A stretch of DNA of 64,000 nt from an uncultured Nitrospiraceae bacterium (GCA_963705105.1 CAVPIW010000005.1:576001-640000), one strand, 5' to 3'. Shown: positions 49,788 through 59,626, numbered from the stretch's first letter. Notes: generated by a model not told the origin, from the sequence alone. Program-made: numbers and translations.

Positions 49788-51500
49788 TTAGAAGCGCACG
49801 TCGAAGGAGAAGTAGAGGTCCCAGGCGTGCTTGAGCGGGGCGAAGAGCTGCGTCTTCGTCACGTCGTTGGCGCTCAGATCGCCGATCTTGAAGGACTGGC
49901 CGACCCAGTTGCCGCTGCCCGTGTAGTCGAAGTCGTAGTACTGCCACCCCAGCCTGAAGAAGGCGAGACCCCTCTTCGAGATGGGAATGTTGAAGAGTTC
50001 CTGGATGGCATAGATCTCATAGACCTTGCCTCTCGCGCCGAGCTTGGACGTCCAGATGTCGTCTCCCGCCGGAACGAAACCGATCCAGTTGCCCGATCCG
50101 TAGTTGAATTCGAGGCCGATCTTCGTCCTCGTCGGCTTGATGTCATACCTGCCGCCGACATAGAACATATGGCCCGTATGGCTCTCCTCGTCCACTCCCG
50201 GCGTGGTCGGGTCGTCGTTGAAGCCGAGTCCGAAACCGCCGTTGAGCACCTGGTCCGGAATGCCGTCACCGTTGATATCGACGAGGGCAAAAGGCAACGA
50301 GAAGAGGTTGCCGTTCGGGTGGGTCTTGCTCAGGGCGGCAGCACCGAAGAGATGGAGATCTCCCGGGCCGAGGTCCTTGATCTTGCCCATGACGAGACCG
50401 CCGAGCCAGTCGATGTCGCCCAGGTTCGTCGTCACCGGCGTGGTCACGTTGATGAAGCTGCCCGTGGTTTGGGGCGGATTCTGGAGGAATCCCGGATCGA
50501 CCTTCGTGACGAACCCGTCCGGCGGGTTTGTAAAGATTTCAAATCCGCGCTGCCATTGAAGGGTTACGAAAAGATTCTCCGTTTCGTACGGAGTAATATT
50601 AATACCGAAGAAATTCACGTCTTCAAGGTTCGAACTGAACCCGTTATCGAATCCCCGGCCCGCTCAAAGCTTCGCATAGGCGCCGGGAAGACCCGGAATC
50701 TCGGGCTGAACCCCGAAAGACGCCCCGTCAAAGGCGTAATCCACGAGGAAGCAGGGAATGCCTGCCGTGCCCTCCTTCTCCTCGTTCATCCGCAGGTGTG
50801 AAGGCGGGCCGTTCGTCGAAGGCCTCCTTCCGACGGAGAGCCAGATGGGCTGATCGGCGATGTTGGCCCAGGTGACAATGGCCCTGTCCACCCTGACCTC
50901 GCCGTCCGTCGGCACATGTCCTATCGTGCCGTCAAAGGGCCCGAAGGCCCTGTCGGCAAAGAACTGGCCGTCCGTGGGCTGTGACGTCTGGTGGCCCCAG
51001 ATTTTGTACATCAGGAGCCTTCCCTTGAAGTTGATGTCCTCCGTCGGCTTCGCCTTGATGTCGAGCCTCAGGCGGTTGGTGAGCAGTGAGTCGTTCTCGG
51101 CGTCGAAGGCCTGCTGAGGCCTGGCCAGGAATGTCGTCACTGCGCCCGGAACGGGGAAGTTGGGGGCGCGGATCGCCGTCCCGAGGGCCGGAGCGAACTG
51201 GTCATACTGAACGTAGTCCACAGTCCTGCCCTGGAGAATGTCGTGACGCGACCTGAAGTCACCGCCGATCTCGAGCCAGGACGGCCAGCCTTTCGGCTCG
51301 TCGGCCTTTTTCTCGACCTTGGTGATCCTCTCTTCCTTGACCGTCTCCTGCTTCTGCATCTCCTGCATCTGCTGTTTGAGTTTCTCCAATTCCCTGGAGA
51401 GATCATCGATCTTCTTCATCAGATCTGCCTGATCGACAGCGAGCGCAGGGAGCGGCAGCAGCAGGGAGAAGGCAAGGAGCACCGCTGCAAGAGTGCGCAT
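49788..51500 (-). CDS. DUF3373-family outer-membrane protein with one in-frame TGA (50664-50666); candidate selenoprotein
   Basis: ORFs 50664-51500 and 49788-50618 are in the same frame and joined by ...AYAKL-TGA-AGRGFDNGFSSNLEDVNFF. Signal peptide, coiled coil, GGDFRSR, GRRPST.GPP, VDYAFDG and C-terminal Phe. Confidence 0.8.
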
Positions 51501-51611
51501 ACAAACCTCCTTTCTCTATTCAGGGATGATCAGCGGTCATCCCCAAAAAAATTTGGTCACCGCCAATGGCGGTGGTTCGAAACGTCTTATGTACAGAAAA
51601 ATGTAAAGTTT

Positions 51612-51626
51612 GCAAATGCCGTGCCC
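51612..51626 (-). promoter_or_regulatory. Sigma54 (-24/-12) promoter for the DUF3373 gene
   Basis: Minus strand GGGCACG-GCAT-TTGC. Confidence 0.7.
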
Positions 51627-51781
51627 CCGTCAAACCGGGGGTCGATCAGTACACCGATTAAGAATTACTATTGAAAAAACAATGTTTTCCCCGGCGCCGC
51701 TCCGGACTGCGCGAAGCGCTGCTGTTTATCCCTCTTAACGATCCTGTAAAGTTAACAGAGTCATACCATATAATACCAGCA

Positions 51782-53656
51782 TCAGACTGGCAAGCCGAGC
51801 CCTTTCCTCTTCTCGTTGATGTGGTTGATCATGAGGTCGGCCGCCTTGTCCGGATCCGGCTCCACGGCGAAGCAGGCCCCGAAGATGTCGCTGAGTCCCT
51901 TCGTCGCAAGCTCCGTCACCTTGCTGCTGCCCAGGATAGGCGGCATGACGCCGAGAATGGTGAAAATGCCGCTCGCCATGGCATAGAAGGCGATCGTCGC
52001 CGCCTTTTCCGAATACCACTCCGGCGCCGCGCCGGCAAGGGGAAGCTTGTCGATGTCGACGCCGATCGCGTTTGCGAGGGCGCAGGCGATGACGATGATC
52101 CTCGAGTTGTCGACGCAGGACCCCACATGGAGACTCGGGGGGATACCGAGAAGAGAACAGACCTCTTTCAGTCCCGGGCCGGCCAGATCCTTCGCCTCCG
52201 GCACCTGGAGGCCCGCCTTGCCCGCTGCGACGTTCGCGCATCCCGTCGTCAGCACGAGGACGTCGTTGGCGATCAGTTTCCTGATGAGATTGACGTGGCC
52301 GTAATCCTGCCTGATCTTCGGGTTGTTGCACCCGACGACGCCGGCGGCGCCCCTGATTTTCCCTGCCTTGATAGCGTCGATGAGAGGAGTGAGACTGCCG
52401 CCGAGGGCGCCGACGATGGCCTCGACGGAGAAGCCTGTCATGCTTTTTACCGGCTTCACGGGGATGTTCACCCGAGCCGGGTTTCTCCGGCTGAAGTTCT
52501 CCACGGCCTCCCTGACGATGCGGGATGCCTGTTCCTTTGCGTTGTCGGGAGTGAACTCGACGTGCTCCATGAAGGGGAATTGGGCCTTGTCGGAGGTCGA
52601 ATAGAGTTTCGTGTGGTAACATTGGGCGACGTGGCCGAGGGACGGCATGATGCATTGGTAATCGACGATGATCGCCTCCGCCGCACCCGTCACCAGGACG
52701 AGCTCCGTCATGAGATGGTTTCCCGCCATGGGCACCTGTTTGCGCATCATCAGCTCGTTGCCGGTGCAGCACAACCCTGTAAGGTTGATCCCCGAGGCGC
52801 CCTTCGACCGGGCGAACTCCTTCAGCTCCTTGTCTTCCACGGCGAGGTATATCATCTCTGAAACGAGGGGGTTGTGACCGTGGACGAGGATATTGACCGC
52901 ATCTTCCCTGAGCACCCCCAGGTTCATCTCGGAGAAGCCCGGTGACGGCGTCCCGAAGATGATATCCGACACCTCCGTGCCGATCATGGAGCCGCCGTAT
53001 CCGTCGGCAAGGCTCGTGCGCACGGCATGGAGCAGAAGTGAGGCATAGTTGTTGTCGACGCCCATGTGTGTCCGGTGCATCGCCTCCGACGTCTCACGGT
53101 CGATGCCGCGCGGCATGACCCGCAGTTTTTCCCAGAGCGCCCTTCTCTGCTGCGGAGCCCGGTTGACGAAGGTGATCTGCTTCTTCTTCGTCCCGAAATC
53201 TTCCATCATCGTTTCGGCCAGTTCTTTCGCGATCTCCCCAACGGGGCGTCCGTCCGTGGCGACGCCGTATTCCCCGGCGATGCTCTTCAGTTTGTCCGGG
53301 TCCCTGATCTCGTAGCCCGGGGCTTCTCCCATGCCGACCCTGTGCATCACCTCGACGAGGTCTCTCCCGTGGTCCGAATGAGAGGCTGAGCCTGCGGCGA
53401 TCATCCGCGTCAGGTTCCGGGCGACGATGATATGGGCGTCAGCCCCGCAGATCCCCATCTGCGGTCCTTCGCCGAAGGGGTCGATCCGGCAGGGTCCCAT
53501 GACGCAGTTGCGGCAGGAGACGCCGAGTTCACAGTAGCCGCAGTGAGGCTGCTGCTTCTCCAAACGGTCCCAGACGGTCTCGACGCCGTCCGCTTCAGCC
53601 TTTCTGATCATCTGTATCGCGTCGTCACATATGGAGTATTTCCTGAAATCCCGCAT
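51782..53656 (-). CDS. cooS: Anaerobic Ni,Fe carbon monoxide dehydrogenase catalytic subunit
   Basis: C..C..G.SCRNC.MGPC, ICGA, HSDH, HGHNP, CCTG.E, DYQC, GCNN, TGC, GSCVD, EKA. Confidence 0.97.
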   Translation of the reverse strand: MRDFRKYSICDDAIQMIRKAEADGVETVWDRLEKQQPHCGYCELGVSCRNCVMGPCRIDPFGEGPQMGICGADAHIIVARNLTRMIAAGSASHSDHGRDLVEVMHRVGMGEAPGYEIRDPDKLKSIAGEYGVATDGRPVGEIAKELAETMMEDFGTKKKQITFVNRAPQQRRALWEKLRVMPRGIDRETSEAMHRTHMGVDNNYASLLLHAVRTSLADGYGGSMIGTEVSDIIFGTPSPGFSEMNLGVLREDAVNILVHGHNPLVSEMIYLAVEDKELKEFARSKGASGINLTGLCCTGNELMMRKQVPMAGNHLMTELVLVTGAAEAIIVDYQCIMPSLGHVAQCYHTKLYSTSDKAQFPFMEHVEFTPDNAKEQASRIVREAVENFSRRNPARVNIPVKPVKSMTGFSVEAIVGALGGSLTPLIDAIKAGKIRGAAGVVGCNNPKIRQDYGHVNLIRKLIANDVLVLTTGCANVAAGKAGLQVPEAKDLAGPGLKEVCSLLGIPPSLHVGSCVDNSRIIVIACALANAIGVDIDKLPLAGAAPEWYSEKAATIAFYAMASGIFTILGVMPPILGSSKVTELATKGLSDIFGACFAVEPDPDKAADLMINHINEKRKGLGLPV

Positions 53657-53658
53657 CC

Positions 53659-54256
53659 CTATCTCCTCCTGAGCTCTTCCATGTGTGCCTGATAGGCCCT
53701 GAGCGCTGAAAAACCGGTCACGGGCGCCTCTTTCTCCCGGATCCCCAGGTAGACTATGTCAGCCATCCGGTCCGTTTCCCTCTTCATAAAGACATTCGAC
53801 ATCCTCGAACAGGAGGGCGCCGGCCTTGCAGACCTCCACACAGGCGGGAATATGCCCCGTCTTCTGTCTCAGGATGCATTGGTCGCACTTATGGGCGGCC
53901 GGCCGTTTGACGGCAGGTGAAAGATGGAACCGCACAACCCCGAAGGGACAGGCCATGGCGCACATGCCGCAGTTGATGCACCGTTCGGGATTGATGAGGA
54001 CCGCTTCAGTCACGTCTTCCCGGTAGATGGCTGCAGACGGGCAGGACATCTCGCAGGGCGCCGGCTTGCAGTGCCTGCATTTGTTCGGAAAGGATTCCCC
54101 CCTGCTGCTCAGGCCGATGTGGATCCGGGGTTTCGACAGGACCGGCTCATAGATTGCGGTATAGGGCGAGCGCGAGGACGAGTGCGCCACAGCGCAGGCG
54201 AACCTGCACTGGAGGCAACCGACGCAGCGCTCAGGTCTGACAATGACCGTTTTCAT
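53659..54256 (-). CDS. cooF: CooF-like 4Fe-4S dicluster protein (annotated frame stops at 53759; probable frameshift near 53797)
   Basis: CVGCLQCRFAC, CRHC..APC...CP, CINCGMCAMACPFG, KCDQC...PACVEVC; AAGGAGG RBS. Confidence 0.9.
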
Positions 54257-54275
54257 CAGTTCCTCCTTCGGTGGA

Positions 54276-54420
54276 ACGAGGATTGGGCATGATTTCTTCG
54301 CAAAATAAACTACCTCTTCTCTTATGTCTATCAGCCTCATAAACCAATAATAAACAATCATACTCGCAATCAGCGAGGCTCTGAGGCGTTTTGCCCCGCC
54401 TATTCATCCAACGACGGGGT
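54276..54420. repeat. Degenerate modular element (ACGAGGAT module + delta arm + outer end)
   Basis: ACGAGGATTGGGCATGATTTCTTCGC; CAATAATAAACAATCATACTCGCAATCAGCGAGGCTCTGAGGCGTTTTGCCCCGCC. Confidence 0.75.
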
Positions 54421-55623
54421 AAACAGATCTGCCGGCGTTACATCGCCGTCCACGATCGCCCGGGGAGACACTCGAAGGGGCCGGCCTTTTCTGATAAGGT
54501 TCAGATACGGGCCCGCTTCTTCCGTGTTGTTGTAAAAGGCCAGTCCCACGGGAATACCGTCCCGCAGGGCAAGCTTCCTGAGCTGGTTTCGCCCCCGGAT
54601 ATACCGTTCGACCGTCGTGACCCCCTTGCCCCGGAGGATTCCCCCTGTCACGAGGTGGAGACCCGGCAGTTTCAGGCTGTTCACGGCCATGCTTCCCCGG
54701 TAGGGAGAAGGGATGCCCGCCATGTTCAGCGCGGCATAATATCCCTGTTCCGTCGCCACCGGCCAGATTGCATTGACCCACGGAACGCCACGGACGAAAT
54801 CGATGTTCTCACAGCAATCGCCTGCAGCGTAATGATCTTTGATCGACGTTTCAAGATGCTCGTTCGTTCTGATCCCGAGATCGATGTCCACGCCGGCCCG
54901 TCGCGCCAGTCCTGCCCGCGGTCGCACCCCCTTGCCGACGACGATGACATCGGCATCCAGAACGGTTCCCGATTTCAGGGCGACCCTTGTGCAGTCCCGT
55001 CCCGCCTTCACGGAGGCGACGTCCTCGCCGGTGCATATGTCGACGCCCATGCCCCGCAGGTCCCGCTCCACGAGACGGGCGACCTGTTCGTCCACGTTGA
55101 GGGAAAGGATGTGCCCCGACGAAACGACGAGGGTCGGCCTGATTCCCCGTTGGACGAAACCGCAGGCGGTCTTGATGCCCACGAAGCCCCCACCCACGAC
55201 GACAGCGCTCCTGTCAAGAAACCGGTCTATCATGCTGGCGTCATGAAGATATCTCAAATTGAAACAGCGGTTTTCCTCCGTCACATAATCGGGCTTGATG
55301 GGGGAGGCGCCGGTGGCGAATAGGAGTTTGTCGTATGAAAGGCGCTCCCCGCCTGAAAGCACGAGGGTCGTATCCTTCACATGCACTTCCTCGACACGTT
55401 TGCCGAGCAGAAAAGTGATGCACGAGGCATATGACGAGGGGTCCTTCAGGATCATCGTCTCCCTGCGAAATTCCCGCGCAAAGGCATATGTCAGCATGAT
55501 CCTGCTGTAGGGGAGGCAGTCTTCCTCGGAGATGACGGTGACCTTCAGGTCAGGGGAAAGGGCGACGAGGGTGTCGAGGCAGGACAGACCGGCGGCGCTT
55601 GCACCGATTATGGCAATGTGCAT
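54400..55623 (-). CDS. FAD/NAD(P)-dependent oxidoreductase (FNOR/NirB-like) of the CODH cluster
   Basis: IIGASAAG, PYSR, YDKLLFATG, VVGGGFVG, YAAGD, W..A.EQG..AA.NMAG. Confidence 0.92.
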   Translation of the reverse strand: MHIAIIGASAAGLSCLDTLVALSPDLKVTVISEEDCLPYSRIMLTYAFAREFRRETMILKDPSSYASCITFLLGKRVEEVHVKDTTLVLSGGERLSYDKLLFATGASPIKPDYVTEENRCFNLRYLHDASMIDRFLDRSAVVVGGGFVGIKTACGFVQRGIRPTLVVSSGHILSLNVDEQVARLVERDLRGMGVDICTGEDVASVKAGRDCTRVALKSGTVLDADVIVVGKGVRPRAGLARRAGVDIDLGIRTNEHLETSIKDHYAAGDCCENIDFVRGVPWVNAIWPVATEQGYYAALNMAGIPSPYRGSMAVNSLKLPGLHLVTGGILRGKGVTTVERYIRGRNQLRKLALRDGIPVGLAFYNNTEEAGPYLNLIRKGRPLRVSPRAIVDGDVTPADLFTPSLDE

Positions 55624-55812
55624 ACCCTTCTCCTCCTTCAGGATTACAGTATACCATCTTATGGACGCAATTCAAGAAAAAGACCGTGTCAGTGTCAGTG
55701 TGAGTGTCAGCCCGGGGCTCTATGAGCGTTTTGACGTCCGGTAGGTTCTATGGCAAAAACGGCCCTGTCCTGCTAAACTATCGGAAGATTTCAATCCCAT
55801 CAAGGAGGTTGC

Positions 55813-56403
55813 ATGAAGGCCAAACTGTCATGGACGTTGTTTTTCCTTCTGGCACTTTCTCTCGTCGCCTATGGAGAGGTAAAAACAAAGACATTCACGA
55901 AAGGGGAGATCAAAAAGATGGCTGAAACAAAGGCAGTGATCGAGACGAAGTTCGGGAACATGGAGCTGAAGTTCTTTCCCGATGTGGCGCCGAATCATGT
56001 GAGCAATTTCATCGACCTTGCAAAGAAGGGCTTTTATGACGGCACGACCTTTCACCGCGTCATCCCGGGCTTCATGATCCAGGGTGGTGACCCCAATTCG
56101 AAGGACCCCGACAAGTCGAAGCACGGTATGGGCGGCCCGGGGCACACGATAAAGGCGGAGTTCAACGAGAAACCTCACAAGAAGGGGATCCTCTCGATGG
56201 CAAGGTCGGCCAGTCCCGACAGCGCCGGGTCGCAGTTCTTCATCTGCGTCGCCGACGCCCCCTTCCTGGACAGGAAGTACACGGTCTTCGGCGAGGTCGT
56301 CTCGGGCATCGAGGTTGCCGACAAGATCGTGAGCCAGCCCAGGGACGCCAGGGACAACCCGAACGAGCGGATCGAGATGAAGGTCAAAATAATCGAAAAA
56401 TAG
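55813..56403 (+). CDS. Cyclophilin-type peptidyl-prolyl isomerase
   Basis: AP.HV.NF..L...GFYDG..FHRVIPGFMIQGGDP, LSMAR, SAGSQFFI, YTVFG. Confidence 0.96.
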   Translation: MKAKLSWTLFFLLALSLVAYGEVKTKTFTKGEIKKMAETKAVIETKFGNMELKFFPDVAPNHVSNFIDLAKKGFYDGTTFHRVIPGFMIQGGDPNSKDPDKSKHGMGGPGHTIKAEFNEKPHKKGILSMARSASPDSAGSQFFICVADAPFLDRKYTVFGEVVSGIEVADKIVSQPRDARDNPNERIEMKVKIIEK

Positions 56404-56552
56404 CGATCGACTTATCGACCGGGGTCCTCGTTCCCTCGGGCCCCGGTCATGTTTCAGCGGACTTTCCCCACCGGTGCTATTATTTAAAAAACAGTAGACA
56501 ATAGACAATGGACACCAGGCAAAGACAGGAAGGGGACGAGAAAGGCACCGAC

Positions 56553-56785
56553 GGGAAGGCTGATGTGGTGAAAAGCCTTTCCGCTAAGATACCGTATTCG
56601 TCCCCGGACCACACTTTGCCGTGTCTACCGATACCAGATGCCCGTCAGGCAACAGGCGCTGAACACCTCGATATGTCTCATCATCGCATTGGAAAGGCTT
56701 TGAACCATATCTGCCTTCCCGGAGGCAGTGTCGCCTTCAGCAATGCTTTGAGGGGCTTCCCCACGCCTTTCCATGCAATTGAAAT
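56553..56785. repeat. Intact 168-bp inner element (56553-56720) followed by delta arm and outer end
   Basis: GGGAAGGCTGATGTGGTGAAAAGCCTTTCC...GGAAAGGCTTTGAACCATATCTGCCTTCCC. Confidence 0.9.
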
Positions 56786-56792
56786 GTGAGCG

Positions 56793-58790
56793 ATGGTATT
56801 CGAATTTCTCAAGGACCTCGTCATCATTTTCGGCATCTCCGCCGTTGTCGTGTATACGCTGGGGAGGCTGAGGGTCCCTTCCATCGTCGGCTTCCTCCTT
56901 GCCGGCGTCATCATGGGGCCTCACGGCTTCGGTCTTATCGGGTCCGTCCACGAGGTCGAGGTCTTTGCCGAGATCGGCGTCATCCTCCTCATGTTCACCA
57001 TCGGGCTCGAATTTTCTCTCAAGCACCTCCTGATGCTCAGGACCGCCGTGCTCGGAGGAGGTTTTCTCCAGGTGGCGGCATCGGTCGCCCTGATCGTTGC
57101 TCTCGCCGTCTTCGTCTTCCAGGACACTCTCCGGATCGCGCTCTTCGACGGGGCCCTTGTCGCTCTGAGCAGCACGGCGATCGTCATCAAGCTCCTGATG
57201 GACCGGGCCGAGATCAACTCACCCCACGGCAGGTCGATCGTCGGCATCCTCATCTTCCAGGACCTCTGCGTCGTCCCCTTCATGCTCCTCATACCCATCC
57301 TGGCAGGGACGGGCGGCAGCGCGCAGGACATACTCATCACCATGATCAAGGCCGCCATGGTCATCGGCGCCGTCATCGCCTCGTCCCGGTGGGGAGTCCC
57401 GCACCTCCTGCACCAGGTCGTCCGCACCAAGAGCAGGGAACTCTTCGTGATCACCATCATCCTGCTCTGTATCGGGACGGCGCTCCTCACCTGGGAACTG
57501 GGCCTATCCCTCGCCCTCGGCGCCTTTCTCGCGGGCATCGTCATTTCCGAATCCGATTATGCCGCACAGGCCATTTCCGATGTCGTCCCTTTCAAGGAGA
57601 GCTTCACGGGGCTCTTTTTCATCTCCATCGGGATGTTGATGGACCTGCGGTTTCTCGGGCACAACCTGCATCTCATTCTGCCCGTTGTCATTACCATCCT
57701 TGCTCTTAAAATACTGAGCGGGACCCTTGCCGCTTATGCCATAGGGCAGACGGTGCGACACTCCGTCATGACGGGATTCTATCTCTCCCAGATCGGTGAG
57801 TTCTCTTTCATCCTCGCCCAGTCCGGCAAGGCGCAGGGCCTCATGACGGAAGACCTCTATCAGGTGTTCCTCTCCTCATCGGTGCTGACCATGCTGACGA
57901 CTCCCCTGATGGTCGCCCTGTCGTCTCCCGTGTCGTCATGGCTCGTTTCACGAAAACTCCTCGGCCGTTTCGACCGGTCTCAGCGGGGGGTGGCGAAGGA
58001 CAGCTATCCGAAGAAGAAATCAGGCCATGTCATCATCGTCGGCTTCGGCATCAACGGGAGGAATCTCGCGAGGGTCCTCAGGGAGTCGGAAATCCCCTAC
58101 GTCATTCTTGAACTCAACAGCAACACCGTCAAGGCGATGAAAAAAAAGAGCGAGCCCATTTACTTCGGTGATGGCACAAGCCCGGAGATTCTTCAAAAAT
58201 TGCGCATTCATGCCGCGCGCATGCTCGTTATCGCCATTTCCGATGCTGCGGCGACGCGGAGGATCGTCCAGGTCGCCCGCCGGGAGCATCCGGGGATCCA
58301 GATACTGGTGAGAACGCGCTATGTCGCCGAGGTTGATGACCTGAAGGAGCTTGGGGCGAATGAAGTCATCCCGGAGGAATTCGAGACCTCCGTCGAGATA
58401 TTTTCGAGGGTCCTGAGCCAGTACGGCCTTTCCGGAAATGCCATCAACGATCACGTGGAGAAGGTCAGGAAGGACAGTTACCGCATGCTGAGGGGGCTCG
58501 ATCTGCCCCGGAAGGAACTGGCTGACCACTACGAATTTCTGAAGGGCCTGTCGACCGAAACATACCGGATACCGGAAAATTGTGCGGCTGACGGCCGTTC
58601 GCTCCAGGAGATCCAGCTCCGGTCGCGGACCGGGGCGACGATCATCGCCGTCCAGCGCGCGCTGATGATCTATCAGAACCCTTCTCCCGATTTCGTCTTC
58701 AGGGCCGGGGACATCATCCTGCTCATCGGCGACCGGGAGAGCATTAACGGGGCTATCGACTACATAGGAACCACAGGGAGGAAATCATGA
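56793..58790 (+). CDS. CPA2 (Kef-type) cation:proton antiporter with TrkA-N and TrkA-C domains
   Basis: Many TM segments, AEIGVILLMF.IGLEF, LSSTAIV, ILIFQD, SQIGEF, IVGFGING, TrkA-C tail. Confidence 0.95.
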   Translation: MVFEFLKDLVIIFGISAVVVYTLGRLRVPSIVGFLLAGVIMGPHGFGLIGSVHEVEVFAEIGVILLMFTIGLEFSLKHLLMLRTAVLGGGFLQVAASVALIVALAVFVFQDTLRIALFDGALVALSSTAIVIKLLMDRAEINSPHGRSIVGILIFQDLCVVPFMLLIPILAGTGGSAQDILITMIKAAMVIGAVIASSRWGVPHLLHQVVRTKSRELFVITIILLCIGTALLTWELGLSLALGAFLAGIVISESDYAAQAISDVVPFKESFTGLFFISIGMLMDLRFLGHNLHLILPVVITILALKILSGTLAAYAIGQTVRHSVMTGFYLSQIGEFSFILAQSGKAQGLMTEDLYQVFLSSSVLTMLTTPLMVALSSPVSSWLVSRKLLGRFDRSQRGVAKDSYPKKKSGHVIIVGFGINGRNLARVLRESEIPYVILELNSNTVKAMKKKSEPIYFGDGTSPEILQKLRIHAARMLVIAISDAAATRRIVQVARREHPGIQILVRTRYVAEVDDLKELGANEVIPEEFETSVEIFSRVLSQYGLSGNAINDHVEKVRKDSYRMLRGLDLPRKELADHYEFLKGLSTETYRIPENCAADGRSLQEIQLRSRTGATIIAVQRALMIYQNPSPDFVFRAGDIILLIGDRESINGAIDYIGTTGRKS

Positions 58791-59296
58791 GAATCGAGAA
58801 TGGACGCATGCGGTTTATTGTCCCCGTTGTCTTTGTCTTATCGGTGATGACCTTTTTGACGGAACGCATCTGCGCTGCATCGGAACCGGAGATGTCGAAG
58901 GGTCAGGTCGTCTATGTGCCGGCTTATTCACATATCTATGTGGGCGACAAACCCCTTCAATTCAATCTTGCCGTTACTCTCTGCATCAGAAATACCGATA
59001 TGAGCAGGGACATACGGATCCTGTCGATCGAATACCGCGATTCGAAGGGGAAACTCATCAGGACCTATCTCAAGGATCCCCTGAAGATCGGTCCATTGGC
59101 ATCGGCTGATTTCTTCGTGAAGGAAAGCGACGTGGCCGGAGGAGTAAATGCCCACTTTCTCGTGCAGTGGGCGGCGGGCCAGGAGGTCAACGAGCCGATC
59201 ATAGAAACGATCATGATCGGCGCCCGGTCAGGCCAGGGCATATCCTTCATCGGCAGGGGGAAGGTGATCGGCCCGTCGAAGCCCCTCAAGCCCTGA
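58787..59296 (+). CDS. DUF3124 family exported protein
   Basis: GQVVYVPAYSHIY, TL.IRNTD, D..GG..A.F.V.W, EPIIE..M, QGISF. Confidence 0.88.
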   Translation: MRIENGRMRFIVPVVFVLSVMTFLTERICAASEPEMSKGQVVYVPAYSHIYVGDKPLQFNLAVTLCIRNTDMSRDIRILSIEYRDSKGKLIRTYLKDPLKIGPLASADFFVKESDVAGGVNAHFLVQWAAGQEVNEPIIETIMIGARSGQGISFIGRGKVIGPSKPLKP

Positions 59297-59307
59297 GCTG
59301 AAGTTAT

Positions 59308-59450
59308 ACGAAAATGCGGGGCAAGACGCCTCAACGCCTCCTGAAAGCGGCGCTGTCTCCGGGAAGGCAGATATGGGTCAAAGCCTTCCCGTCTGAATGT
59401 TCTCAATGTGGTTGTGGCCCTTGATTGCGACGAATGACTCAATGACTTGG
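59308..59450. repeat. Degenerate modular element (delta arm, solo inner site, epsilon arm)
   Basis: GAAAATGCGGGGC...GGGAAGGCAGATATGGGTCAAAGCCTTCCCGTC...AATGACTCAATGACTT. Confidence 0.75.
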
Positions 59451-59488
59451 TAACGTGGCAACCAAACAGATGAACCATCCTACGCTTT

Positions 59489-59581
59489 GTCATTCCGGCT
59501 TGTCCGGAATCCTTCTCATTTTCAGAAGGATTGCCGACGCGCGGAGCCTGTCCCGGCTTGACCGGGGCTTGCGGCAATGAC
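59489..59581. repeat. GTCATTCCGG-type REP-like palindrome (copy 2)
   Basis: GTCATTCCGGCTTGTCCGGAATCCTTCT...AGAAGGATT...GCGGCAATGAC. Confidence 0.7.
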
Positions 59582-59626
59582 GGCTTTACAAGTATTCAAT
59601 AGCCGGGTTAATAATGACTGATGTCG

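Noticed and set aside
49788..50618. Treating the two DUF3373 ORFs as separate genes or as a frameshift
   Set aside because: They are in the same frame, separated by one TGA plus 15 sense codons, and the second has no signal peptide or clear RBS.
54286..54301. GGGCATGATTTCTTCGC as a sigma54 promoter (also near 62634)
   Set aside because: GG-to-GC spacing is wrong, and the motif belongs to a dispersed repeat module.
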